From NCBI GenBank assembly GCA_963667175.2, contig CAXXXF010000003.1:96001-160000 (forward strand): a DNA stretch of 64,000 nt, given 5' to 3'. Positions 38,728 through 47,800 of the stretch are shown piece by piece. The number at the start of each line of letters is the position of its first letter. The stretch's first letter is position 1. The notes below the pieces were generated by a model. That model was not told the DNA's origin, made no database searches, and saw only the letters and a program-made list of their open reading frames with translations. Source of the stretch: Candidatus Latescibacterota bacterium. GTDB lineage: Bacteria; Latescibacterota; UBA2968; GCA-2709665. A program made the position numbers and the translations under genes.

Positions 38728-39789
38728 ATGATCGAATTCAAAACCGGCGACATCCTCGCCGAACAAGCCGAAGCTCTGGTCAACACCGTAAACTGCGTCG
38801 GGGTCATGGGGCGTGGCATCGCGCTCCAGTTTAAACGCGCCTTCCCCGAAAACTTCAAGGCATACGCAGCAAGGTGCAAGCGGCATGAGATGCAACCGGG
38901 GCGTGTGTTCGTTTTCGAGACAAGCGGGATGCTGCCCCCGCGCTACATCATCAATTTCCCAACCAAGCGGCACTGGCGAGGCAAAAGCCGCATCGAGGAC
39001 GTTGAATCCGGCCTGGCATCGCTCGCCGAGGAAATCCGGGTGCTGGGCATTCGCTCGATCTCAATTCCTCCGCTCGGCAGTGGGCTGGGCGGGTTGAACT
39101 GGCCCGAGGTGCGTGCCCGTATGCAATCGGCCCTGGCGGAGTTTGAAGAAGTCAAGATCGTCATATTCGAGCCGGGCGGCGGGGCTGTGGACAGGCGCGT
39201 CAACCATTCCACCGACATCCCGGCAATGACGGCGGGGCGAGCCGCGTTAGTCGGCCTGACGTACCGCTACCTTCAGGGCCTCCTTGATCCGTTCGTGACA
39301 CTGCTGGAAGTGCATAAGCTGATGTACTTCATGCAGGAATCCGGTGAGCGTTTGAAACTCAGATTTGAAAAGGCGCCTTATGGACCTTATGCGGATAATT
39401 TGCGGCATGTCCTGCACAGGGTTGAAGGACATTTCATCTCCGGCTTCGCCGATGGCGGCGATGAACCGAATAAGCGACTTGAGCTTGTGCCCGGTGCAAT
39501 CGAGGATGCGACGTCGTTTCTTGGGAGTCACCCGCAAACGCGCGGACGTTTTAGTCAGGTTGCCAATCTGGTGGAAGGATTCGAGTCGCCGCTCGGGCTG
39601 GAATTGCTCTCTACAGTTCATTGGGTTGTTCGGCAGGAGAAGGCGTCGACTTTCGACGATATCGTAAAGCGCACTTACGCCTGGAGCGAAAGAAAAACAC
39701 AGTTTTCTCGCCGCCAGATCAGGATCGCATTTGATGTCTTGTCGGAGAAAGGCTGGATTGAGCGTCCGGATCTGTCGGATTCTCCATGA
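38728..39789 (+). CDS. darG: DarG macrodomain antitoxin (DNA ADP-ribosyl glycohydrolase)
   Basis: MIEFKTGDIL...ALVNTVNCVGVMGRGIALQFK, INFPTKRHW, PPLGSGLGGL; C-terminal LLEVHKLMYF...YGPYA...LELLSTVHW. Confidence 0.92.
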   Translation: MIEFKTGDILAEQAEALVNTVNCVGVMGRGIALQFKRAFPENFKAYAARCKRHEMQPGRVFVFETSGMLPPRYIINFPTKRHWRGKSRIEDVESGLASLAEEIRVLGIRSISIPPLGSGLGGLNWPEVRARMQSALAEFEEVKIVIFEPGGGAVDRRVNHSTDIPAMTAGRAALVGLTYRYLQGLLDPFVTLLEVHKLMYFMQESGERLKLRFEKAPYGPYADNLRHVLHRVEGHFISGFADGGDEPNKRLELVPGAIEDATSFLGSHPQTRGRFSQVANLVEGFESPLGLELLSTVHWVVRQEKASTFDDIVKRTYAWSERKTQFSRRQIRIAFDVLSEKGWIERPDLSDSP

Positions 39790-39816
39790 CCACTGAAGCG
39801 GAAGCCCGCCACCAGA

Positions 39817-39857
39817 GCCGGACGTAGCCCGGATGGACTTTTCCAACGGGCTGCTAA
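39817..39857. mobile_element. Truncated right end of the 30446-30632 MITE
   Basis: 38/41 identical to 30592-30632. Confidence 0.75.
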
Positions 39858-40010
39858 GGAAGCTAGCTATCGGGTCGTTATGATCATCTTCGGAGTTGTG
39901 TGAAAATGTAAAAGGATACAGGAATAGGAAGCAATCGCGGCCAATTTCCCTGGCGCGGCTTCGCTGTGCTCAGCCGCAACCGAATAGGCGCCCGTTAAAC
40001 GGTCTAATCG

Positions 40011-40093
40011 CTCCCCCCTGAGGGGGAGTCCGGGGATGCAGAGCCGGTTCCTGAGCTTGTCGAAGGGCCTGCGAAGGCTGATGCGGTGGGGGG
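40011..40093. repeat. Composite palindromic repeat (CTCCCCCCTGAGGGGGAG ... GCGAAGGCTGATGCGGTGGGGGG) containing a CCTGAGCTTGTCGAAGG unit
   Basis: Terminal hairpin seen directly; the internal unit resembles a common extragenic repeat. Confidence 0.5.
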
Positions 40094-40149
40094 ATTTCAA
40101 CTGTGATTTTTGTCGGCAACTTGCGCTTTAACTATCCCGGAGGCGTTGA

Positions 40150-41421
40150 GTGGCGACCAGACAGCTAGCGCTCTTCGACCGGCCTCAGCAGGCAACCGGA
40201 CCGCTTTCTTACGACGATTTCCTGAATCATGTCGGGAGTTTTGACGATTTCGAGAAGGAAACCGAAGTCCTGGAATTCCCGGATCCCGATTTCGATATTC
40301 CCGTCTACGTGAATGAGTTCTGGACGTCGAAACAGAGAGCGGCCCATTCGCTTCACGAGATCTCGTACCGTGCCTGTTTCAAGCCCCAGTTGCCCCGGTT
40401 CTTCATCGAGCGGCTGACCGCTTCGGGCGACGCGGTCTACGATCCCTTCCTGGGCCGCGGCACGACCGCCATCGAGGCGGCGCTGCTGGGGCGCACGCCC
40501 ATCGGTGCTGACGTCAACCCACTGAGTGAAATCCTTGTGGCGCCGCGGCTGGCCCCGCCCCCACTTGCCGCCGTTTCCGAACGTCTGGGGGAACTGCCTC
40601 TCGAAGATGAATGCGAGACATGGGACGACTTGCTGGCGTTCTATCATCCGAATACCCTGCGACAGGTCACCAATCTGCGGAAATACCAGCTTGGACGAGC
40701 GAAAGACGGCAGCCTGGATGCGGTTGACCGGTGGATCAGAATGGTGGCGACCAATCGCCTGACGGGACATTCGCCCGGTTTCTTTTCGGTCTACACATTG
40801 CCTCCGAACCAGGCCGTTACCGTTGAGCGGCAACGGGGAATCAACCTGAGCAGAAAGCAGACGCCTCCCGAACGGGACGTTCGGGTATCGATTCTGAAGA
40901 AATCCGGGTCGCTCCTCAACAAACTGGAGGAACGTGAAGCAGAACGGCTGCGCGAGACGTCGAAAAATGCGTTGCTCGTTACCGGGTCATCCGACGACAC
41001 GCCGGAGATCGAGAGCGATTCCGTCAGTCTGGTTGTGACTTCTCCGCCGTTTCTGGACGTGGTGGATTACCGGACGGACAACTGGCTGCGATGCTGGTTC
41101 AACGGCATCGACGCGCAATCCGTTCAGGTATGGAACCTCAGGAAGCCGCAGGAGTGGCAGGCGGCCATGACGCGGGTGTTCGCCGAACTCAAAAGGGTCC
41201 TGATGCCCGGAGGTTACGTTGCATTCGAAGTCGGGGAAGTGCGTAGCGGGAAGATACTCCTTGAAACGCTGGTCGTTCCCGCGGCGGCCGAATCGGGTCT
41301 TGAGCCGCTGATGGTCCTGGTCAACGACCAGGTCTTCACCAAGACGTCGAACTGCTGGGGCGTGGAGAACCTCAGGAAAGGGACCAATACAAACAGGATC
41401 GTGTTGTTGAGGAAGACGTGA
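40150..41421 (+). CDS. Site-specific DNA methyltransferase (N4-C/N6-A amino-MTase), orphan
   Basis: Motif I VYDPFLGRGTT precedes motif IV VVTSPPF; GTG start with GGAGG RBS. Confidence 0.87.
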   Translation: MATRQLALFDRPQQATGPLSYDDFLNHVGSFDDFEKETEVLEFPDPDFDIPVYVNEFWTSKQRAAHSLHEISYRACFKPQLPRFFIERLTASGDAVYDPFLGRGTTAIEAALLGRTPIGADVNPLSEILVAPRLAPPPLAAVSERLGELPLEDECETWDDLLAFYHPNTLRQVTNLRKYQLGRAKDGSLDAVDRWIRMVATNRLTGHSPGFFSVYTLPPNQAVTVERQRGINLSRKQTPPERDVRVSILKKSGSLLNKLEEREAERLRETSKNALLVTGSSDDTPEIESDSVSLVVTSPPFLDVVDYRTDNWLRCWFNGIDAQSVQVWNLRKPQEWQAAMTRVFAELKRVLMPGGYVAFEVGEVRSGKILLETLVVPAAAESGLEPLMVLVNDQVFTKTSNCWGVENLRKGTNTNRIVLLRKT

Positions 41422-41436
41422 GACCCTCACCCCCCA

Positions 41437-41945
41437 ACCCCCTCTCCCAAAGGGAGAGGGGGAGCAGGACAGCTATCAGCGAGCAGCTATAATCAAAATT
41501 GAACATCAAATTCACAACCCCTTTTCCCCAAATTCCCTGCCTCCGGCGTGTTCCTTTTGAAGCGACCAAAAGGAACCAAAAGTCGCCGCTGGGCGCCTGC
41601 CTGCGCCAAGCCCCGCGCGGCAGGCAGGCGGGGCCTGCGATATGCACAGCGCGAACACCCTTACAGGATGCACACAATCCGCTGCCCTGACACCCTCGGA
41701 GATTCATCTGTCCACGTCGCTGGACGGATCAGCGCGCTCTGCTCTGTTATCCCTCCGGCCAGGATATTATTTCGTAGACCGATTCGCGTCTTAATGATGA
41801 GGACAGCCCTTAGCTATTAGCCGACAGCCGTCAGCTTGAAGCAAGAACCAACCCGTTGACGTCAGCGCCGTGATGTGGCATAACCAGAATGGGCGCAGAC
41901 CTCTCCCCTCGACCCCCTCTCCCAAAGGGAGAGGGGGAGCAGGAC
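41437..41945. repeat. Two identical 34-bp REP-like hairpins ACCCCCTCTCCCAAAGGGAGAGGGGGAGCAGGAC (41437-41470 and 41912-41945) bracketing further repeats
   Basis: Direct comparison of the two copies; each folds into a CCCCCTCTCCC-AAA-GGGAGAGGGGG stem. Confidence 0.8.
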
Positions 41946-42147
41946 CGAAGGTCATTGATTCTATCCCATAATGTGAGAGGACGCCTTCCGTCGAAACCGA
42001 CGTTGATTATGCAGAAACACCCGGTGGAGGTCGCCAAATCGTTGATTGCGGGCGATCCCCCGGTGGTGAAATCGGGCAAAGGGGAGCAGTCAAAGAGGGA
42101 ATTCGAGGCGTGGCTTGGAGGGCGATAGGGGGTAAGTAAACGGGAGT

Positions 42148-42399
42148 CTATTCCGGGGCCTCTAATCTGGCTTCATTTTCGGCGATACGCTCACCGAAGG
42201 TGTCCAGGCGCGCGTCAATCTTATCGAGCCGGTCCTCGACTCTGTCAAAGCGAGCGTCTATTCTGTCAAAACGCTTATCCAAACGTTTTTCTAAATCGCT
42301 TGTTACATAGTATGCGAAACCAAAGTTGGAAGCCATCAACATAGCAACTGCGATAAACATTCGCATCGTTTCGACGGTCCAGAACTTTTTTTCTTCCAT
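42148..42399 (-). CDS. Small membrane-anchored coiled-coil protein (83 aa)
   Basis: One TM helix then heptads RLDKRFD/RIDARFD/RVEDRLD/KIDARLD; RBS GGAG and a good promoter upstream. Confidence 0.7.
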   Translation of the reverse strand: MEEKKFWTVETMRMFIAVAMLMASNFGFAYYVTSDLEKRLDKRFDRIDARFDRVEDRLDKIDARLDTFGERIAENEARLEAPE

Positions 42400-42429
42400 T
42401 GTGCTTCTCCGATGTTAGGATTCCCTTCA

Positions 42430-42458
42430 AAAGTACACGGGTCTGTTGCTCTTGTCAA
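42430..42458 (-). promoter_or_regulatory. Sigma70-type promoter of the small coiled-coil gene
   Basis: Minus strand TTGACA-N17-TACTTT. Confidence 0.6.
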
Positions 42459-42589
42459 GGGCAAACGTAAAAACGGCGAGACGTTGAAGGCATGGTTTGA
42501 CGGGCGATAGGTGTTTGATTTTGAGGGTTGGTTTTACAACCGGTACCCCTTACCCGTTTTTTGTCCCGCAGGGAGGAGGATTGAGCACG

Positions 42590-44638
42590 ATGATTTCAAG
42601 AGAGAATTTCGTGTCAATTGCCACGATCGCGCTGGTTACAGTTGCCGTATTCGTTTCGTCGGGCTCTAACGCGGATGCCGACGGGACGACGATACAGGGG
42701 GTCTCCGTCAATCCGCATGACCACGTAGACACGTCGCTTCCGGACTTCGACGGAGACGGGACGGTTGGCTTCGGTGATTTCCTGCTGTTTGCTGAAAACT
42801 TCGGACTGAGTCACGGGGACGCGGGATATGATGCGCGGTACGATCTGAACGGCGACTGGGAAGTCGGATTTTCGGATTTCGTGATCTTTTCACGAAACTT
42901 CGGAAGGGACGCTTCTTCCTTGAAGCTGCAACCCTGGGACCTTTCGAAGATCGTGCCGATCGACACCGTCCGGTCGGAGCCAACGGGAAGGCGTGTGTTC
43001 ATGCGGACAGAATTCGACAACGGCGAACTTGCCGACCTGGAGATGAAATTCATCGCGGTTGTGGACGATTTTCTGCCACCCATGCCGGTTTACATGGTGG
43101 AAGCCTCAGATTCTGTCCTGGTAAGCCTGGGAGGCATTGCCAGGGGTATGAGTGGTTCCCCCATTTTCACCGTGCAGGGCGTCTGGGGCGCGATCGCCTT
43201 CGGTTTCAACGGCCAGGACAGCCCGCCTTACTACTTCTTTGCCACGCCCATCGAATGGGTCATCGGTAAAAAGGGGACGGTTCCACTGGCCAAACGGGCC
43301 GCCGCCTGGGGAGATAACCGTATCGTCCCACTGGACGTCCCCCTGTTGAGTACCGGCCACGGTCTTCAGCTTCCGCCCGAAGGGAGTCCGTCGCCCCTGA
43401 GCGGCGCCGTGTCCGCCGGCCTGACCACGCAGCGTCAGACCAGCTATGCGCCCGGCAGGCCGCTGGCAGTCGGTTTTTTGTTGGGCGAGCTTACACTCGG
43501 CGCCTTCGGGACCATCTCCTTCGTCGACGGCGACCGGATCTATGGATTCGGACATTCCATGAATGACGCGGGCCCGGTTTCGTTGCCGATCATCGAGGCC
43601 GTCGTGCTGGGAGAAATATCGAATTTGTCGGCGCCGTTCAAGTTCGTGACGCTGAATCCGACCGTGCGCGGCACGCTCACCGAAGACCGCATTCCCGGGG
43701 TCCGGGGCGTGCTGGACGAGGGACCGGACCTGGTGTCGATCAGAAGCGCGTATGCGTTTCCGAATGGCGCGGTCGTCGAACTCGCCCACGCGATGCCCGC
43801 TGTCATACCGAGCCCATATACGGCCATCGACCTGGTCGCAAATGCGTTCTTTACGCCTCTGTCCAATCGGGTCGAGCAGGACCCTGACCATAGCATACGC
43901 GTGAGTTTTGACGTCTCCTTTGACGCTGTCGATTCCTCGCTAACCCGCTCGCGTCTCTTCGCTTCTCCCGAGGGACATCTGGCTTCTCTGGTTTGGAACG
44001 CCGGATCCGACCTCTTTGACACGCTCGCCGATCTGATGACGAGGGACGATTATCCATTGCAGGTGACGGATGCCGGGGTCCGCGTTGAAGTGATCTCCGA
44101 AGCTCGTTTTGCAAAGGTGATGGAGGTCTCCGCGGACACCGTCGTCACTCCCGGGGACACGTTGGCCGTTTCTGCTTCTCTGCGCGTGGGACGTCGGAGC
44201 GACCGGGAGATCGAATTCGCGCTCAGCGTGCCGGACACGTTTCAGACTGGCGTCTACCGGCTCGAAGCGGGGTCCGTTGCCACGTTGGGAGATGACGCCC
44301 GCGGCGGAGAAGGACCCTCGCCGGTGTCTGGATTTTTCGGACCTCCGGATGGATTCGGGGACGATGAGACCCTTCAGGAAGTCTTCGCAAGGGTGAATCG
44401 AGACGACGAGAACGTTCTTTTGAAAGTCCGGTTGGCCTTCGTCTCGCCACTCGAAGACAACGCGGACTCGACGGCTCTGCCCCCGGGCGGGCTCGCCGGC
44501 GTCCTGACCGGCGGGCTGGGAGGGGAAATTCCGCCTCCTGGTCCCACGGCGACGGTTTCCGCACAGAGAGACGTCGGTCTATTCCTGGAGGGCTCCTCGG
44601 ACGCGCCGGTCAAGGTCGTCGCACCGGCAGGGCCGTGA
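42590..44638 (+). CDS. Secreted SpoIVB-like (S55) serine peptidase with N-terminal paired EF-hand/dockerin-like module
   Basis: Signal peptide; DFDGDGTVGFGDF...YDLNGDWEVGFSDF; GIARGMSGSPI and GTISFVDGDRIYGFGHSM. Confidence 0.82.
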   Translation: MISRENFVSIATIALVTVAVFVSSGSNADADGTTIQGVSVNPHDHVDTSLPDFDGDGTVGFGDFLLFAENFGLSHGDAGYDARYDLNGDWEVGFSDFVIFSRNFGRDASSLKLQPWDLSKIVPIDTVRSEPTGRRVFMRTEFDNGELADLEMKFIAVVDDFLPPMPVYMVEASDSVLVSLGGIARGMSGSPIFTVQGVWGAIAFGFNGQDSPPYYFFATPIEWVIGKKGTVPLAKRAAAWGDNRIVPLDVPLLSTGHGLQLPPEGSPSPLSGAVSAGLTTQRQTSYAPGRPLAVGFLLGELTLGAFGTISFVDGDRIYGFGHSMNDAGPVSLPIIEAVVLGEISNLSAPFKFVTLNPTVRGTLTEDRIPGVRGVLDEGPDLVSIRSAYAFPNGAVVELAHAMPAVIPSPYTAIDLVANAFFTPLSNRVEQDPDHSIRVSFDVSFDAVDSSLTRSRLFASPEGHLASLVWNAGSDLFDTLADLMTRDDYPLQVTDAGVRVEVISEARFAKVMEVSADTVVTPGDTLAVSASLRVGRRSDREIEFALSVPDTFQTGVYRLEAGSVATLGDDARGGEGPSPVSGFFGPPDGFGDDETLQEVFARVNRDDENVLLKVRLAFVSPLEDNADSTALPPGGLAGVLTGGLGGEIPPPGPTATVSAQRDVGLFLEGSSDAPVKVVAPAGP

Positions 44639-44755
44639 TATCTACAAGACGTTGCCCCTCCCCTCAAAGGGGAATGACGCGGATGCATTTCGCGGAGAAT
44701 TGCGCGACGTGAATTTATCTCCTGTCGCTTTTCCGGCAGAAATCAAGCGAGGCGG

Positions 44756-44800
44756 GCCTGCCTGCTGGCGAGGCAGGCAGACAGGAATGTCTGCCCCACC
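44756..44800. repeat. REP (GGCAGACAGGAATGTCTGCCCCACC) joined to a GCCTGCCT...AGGCAGGC mini-hairpin
   Basis: Two overlapping palindromes in intergenic DNA. Confidence 0.6.
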
Positions 44801-44860
44801 CTCACACCGGCGTTCTCTGAATGTCACTCTCGCGCAAGCGTTTCATCGGAAAGGGAATTC

Positions 44861-47800
44861 ATGCTGACCGTCGATCATAACGCGCCTGCCTGCGCCGCGT
44901 TGGCCGCGGCAGGCAGGCCGGCGCCGCGGCCGGGGAGGTCCATCTGGTATACGGTGGACGGGATTCACCGTGCACGGAAGAATATCCGCACGCAGGAATG
45001 GGCCGCGAAAGAGTGGGTGCGGATCAGTGAAGTGGCGGAGCGGTGGGTCCGGGTTTCCGATGAGGACGTCCTGGCGCTGGTACCGGATCGGGGTTCGATC
45101 TTCTGCAGCGGTCGGAACGGGTCCCCATGCTGCAAAGCGGCCTGGCGGTGCGAGTTGTCGCGGCCCCGCCGTGCTTTCTGCGGAGAATGCGGGCGTGAAT
45201 ACCCGGAGACCGGGAAAGGGTCTCCTTTCCGCGACGAGGGACGCGGCTTCTACTACGAAGGGAAATGGTTCGCGCCGGCGCCCGTCTGGAACAGTTTTGT
45301 CGTGAGTATGCTGAGCACCTATTCGTACGGCTCCGGCGGTCCCACGGACAACGCGCTGTTGAATCTGGCCCTGGCCTACGCGATAACCGGCGAGACCCGG
45401 TTCGGAGAAAAGGCGCTGCTGATCTACGACGCGCTGGCCACGCTGGCGCCCACGACCCTCGGGCCGCTCGACATTCCGGAGGGAGAGGATCGGGAGATGG
45501 GGCGCATGCATGCCGAGACGTGCCACGTCAACCGGCAGCGGTTCGTGGACATGCAGGCGTACGATCTGATCTCGGGTCTTCCCGCGATGGACGGGATTTC
45601 ACCGACACGGGGGGATCGTCGCATCAGCATCAGGGAGAACATCGCAGAAGGCATGCTGGATGACTACATCATGACGGAGGGAGGCGGGTACAACCTGCGG
45701 GAAGGAAACCTCACCCACTTCCAGAATCACGAACTGGACGGGTTCCGGGCGCTGTTGTCCATCGGCCTGGCGACCGGCAGACCCGATTTCATTACCTGGG
45801 CTGGAGGGGCTTTCCGGTCCTTTCTGGATAATGTGCTCGGCAGGGACGGAGGATACTACGAGAACTCCGAGATGTACGCGTATTTCTCGGGTACGCTGAT
45901 GCAGGACGTGGCGGAACTGATGTACCACTACGATCCCGGCAAGTACGTTTCACCCGAAGATTTCCCGGCGGCGGAGGAACTGATGGGGCTGAAGAACGCC
46001 TTCGATCATCCCCGTCTCGTCCGGCTGTGCCTGGAGTACACGGAACTGATCCGGGCGTGCGGCCGCATCCCCTCGTATGGAAATACGAACGCGCTCCCGG
46101 GTTATTGGCCGCCTTCGGAACGCCAGGTGATGCCCTCGCACTGGTCGCTGCTGGAACGGCTCTACTTCCGGAGCGATAACGCGGAGACACGGGTGCAGGT
46201 GAAGGATATGATGCTGGACCTGTCGGACGGCGCCGCCGAAAACGTCCGCAACGGGACGTGGGCGCTGTTCAATACCGAACCCGGTCCTGCCGGGGAAGAA
46301 GGGGCCGGGCCCGCCTGCGGCTCTTCCTTCGTGGGTCATAAAGGCGTGGTGGTCCTTCGCAGCGGGACCGGCGACCGGTCGCGCGCGCTGATCGTGCGGG
46401 GAGGCGCGAATCTGCTTTCACAGGACGACCAGCTGGCGGTGTTTCTGTACGACAGGGGCCGCACGGTAATCGAAGACGTAGGGTACGCCCTGGCCGGTTC
46501 TCACGTGCACAAAGGGTGGGGCATGCGGGCGATCTCGCACGCGATGGTGACCGTGGACGAAGATATTCCCACGTCTCAGGGTTACGAATTCGTGCCCAGC
46601 GCGGACCTGGTCGCCTTCGAGGACATGGGCGGCGTGAAGATTGCTGAGTATTCCGCGCCACTGTCACGGATCCACCAGGGCGCAACCGAGTACCGACGCG
46701 CGCTGATCTTCTGCGACGTGGACGAAGAGACCTCCTATACGCTGGACCTGTTCCTGGTGGCCGGAGGGCGCATTCACGACTATGCGATGAACGGTCCCAG
46801 GTTCTTCGAGGGGGACTGCGGGGCGTATACTCTGGAAGGCGTGTCGCCCGAGGCCCGCGAGGGGGTGTGGACGCTGGCGGCGCTGGGGACGATGGAGGGT
46901 TCCGAAGAGGCGAACGCGCCAGGAAAGAGTTGGGGAGAGCGAATCGGCCCGAACGATCGGATTCAGGGCGTGGCAGCACCGGACGGCAGCCCGCTGCCCT
47001 ACGGGTGGCTGCCGCCCCCGGGAAACGGGTACGCGTTCATCCACGACGTGAAGACCGCCGCGCTGGAACGGGACGCGTACGCGCACTGGCGATTCGGCGA
47101 CGCGTTGGATACCCGTTTCGGTGTTTTGTTTCCTGCCGACTCCGCCGCGACCCTGATCGCCGCGAAAGGACCGGACTTGAGAGGCGAGCAACAGATCGAG
47201 AGACTGATCGTCCGCCGGGAGGGACAGAAACTAAGGAGCCTGTTCTTCAGTGTCTTCGAGGCGTTTTCAGGTTCACGAAACGTGGTCGGAGCGACCGTGC
47301 TCGCTCGCGACGCGGAGGCGGGGAACGCCGCGGTGCGGGTGGAACTGGCGGACGGCAGGCGGGATACTGTTTTGTTCTCGAGAGATGGCCGGATGGAACT
47401 CGAGGATCCCGAAGGGGCGCCCATCGCGCTGGCGGGGCGATTCGGAGTCGTTCGGGAAGGAATCGGCGAGGTGGCGCTGTTTCTGGCGGAGGGGACGCGC
47501 CTGCGGTTCGGCGACGCGGCGACGACACTCCCGCAAGCGCGTTTCGAAGCCCGGATCGCGGATATGGATGCCGATGCCGAAACGGTGCAGATCGACCGGG
47601 GTCTACCGGGCGGGATGGGTTTGGAGGACCGTCTGTGCCGGGTCGAATCGGGCGAACCGGAGGCGCCCTATTCACACCGTTCCGGATATCGTGTCGTCGC
47701 CGCGGAGGGCGGCGAAACCGCCCGGCTGGCTCTCCAGCACGGCGATCCACGGTTGGCCAGAGGGACCGTAATGTCCGTGGAGGCGCCGGATATTCTGCAC

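Noticed and set aside
38551-39789. Functional single-chain DarT-DarG toxin-antitoxin fusion
   Set aside because: The toxin part is only about 55 aa and lacks the catalytic region
41437-41945. Possible CRISPR repeats
   Set aside because: Only two copies 475 bp apart, REP-like hairpins, and no cas genes
41889-42128. 79-aa ORF
   Set aside because: The N-terminal part is translated REP sequence and the remainder is unidentifiable
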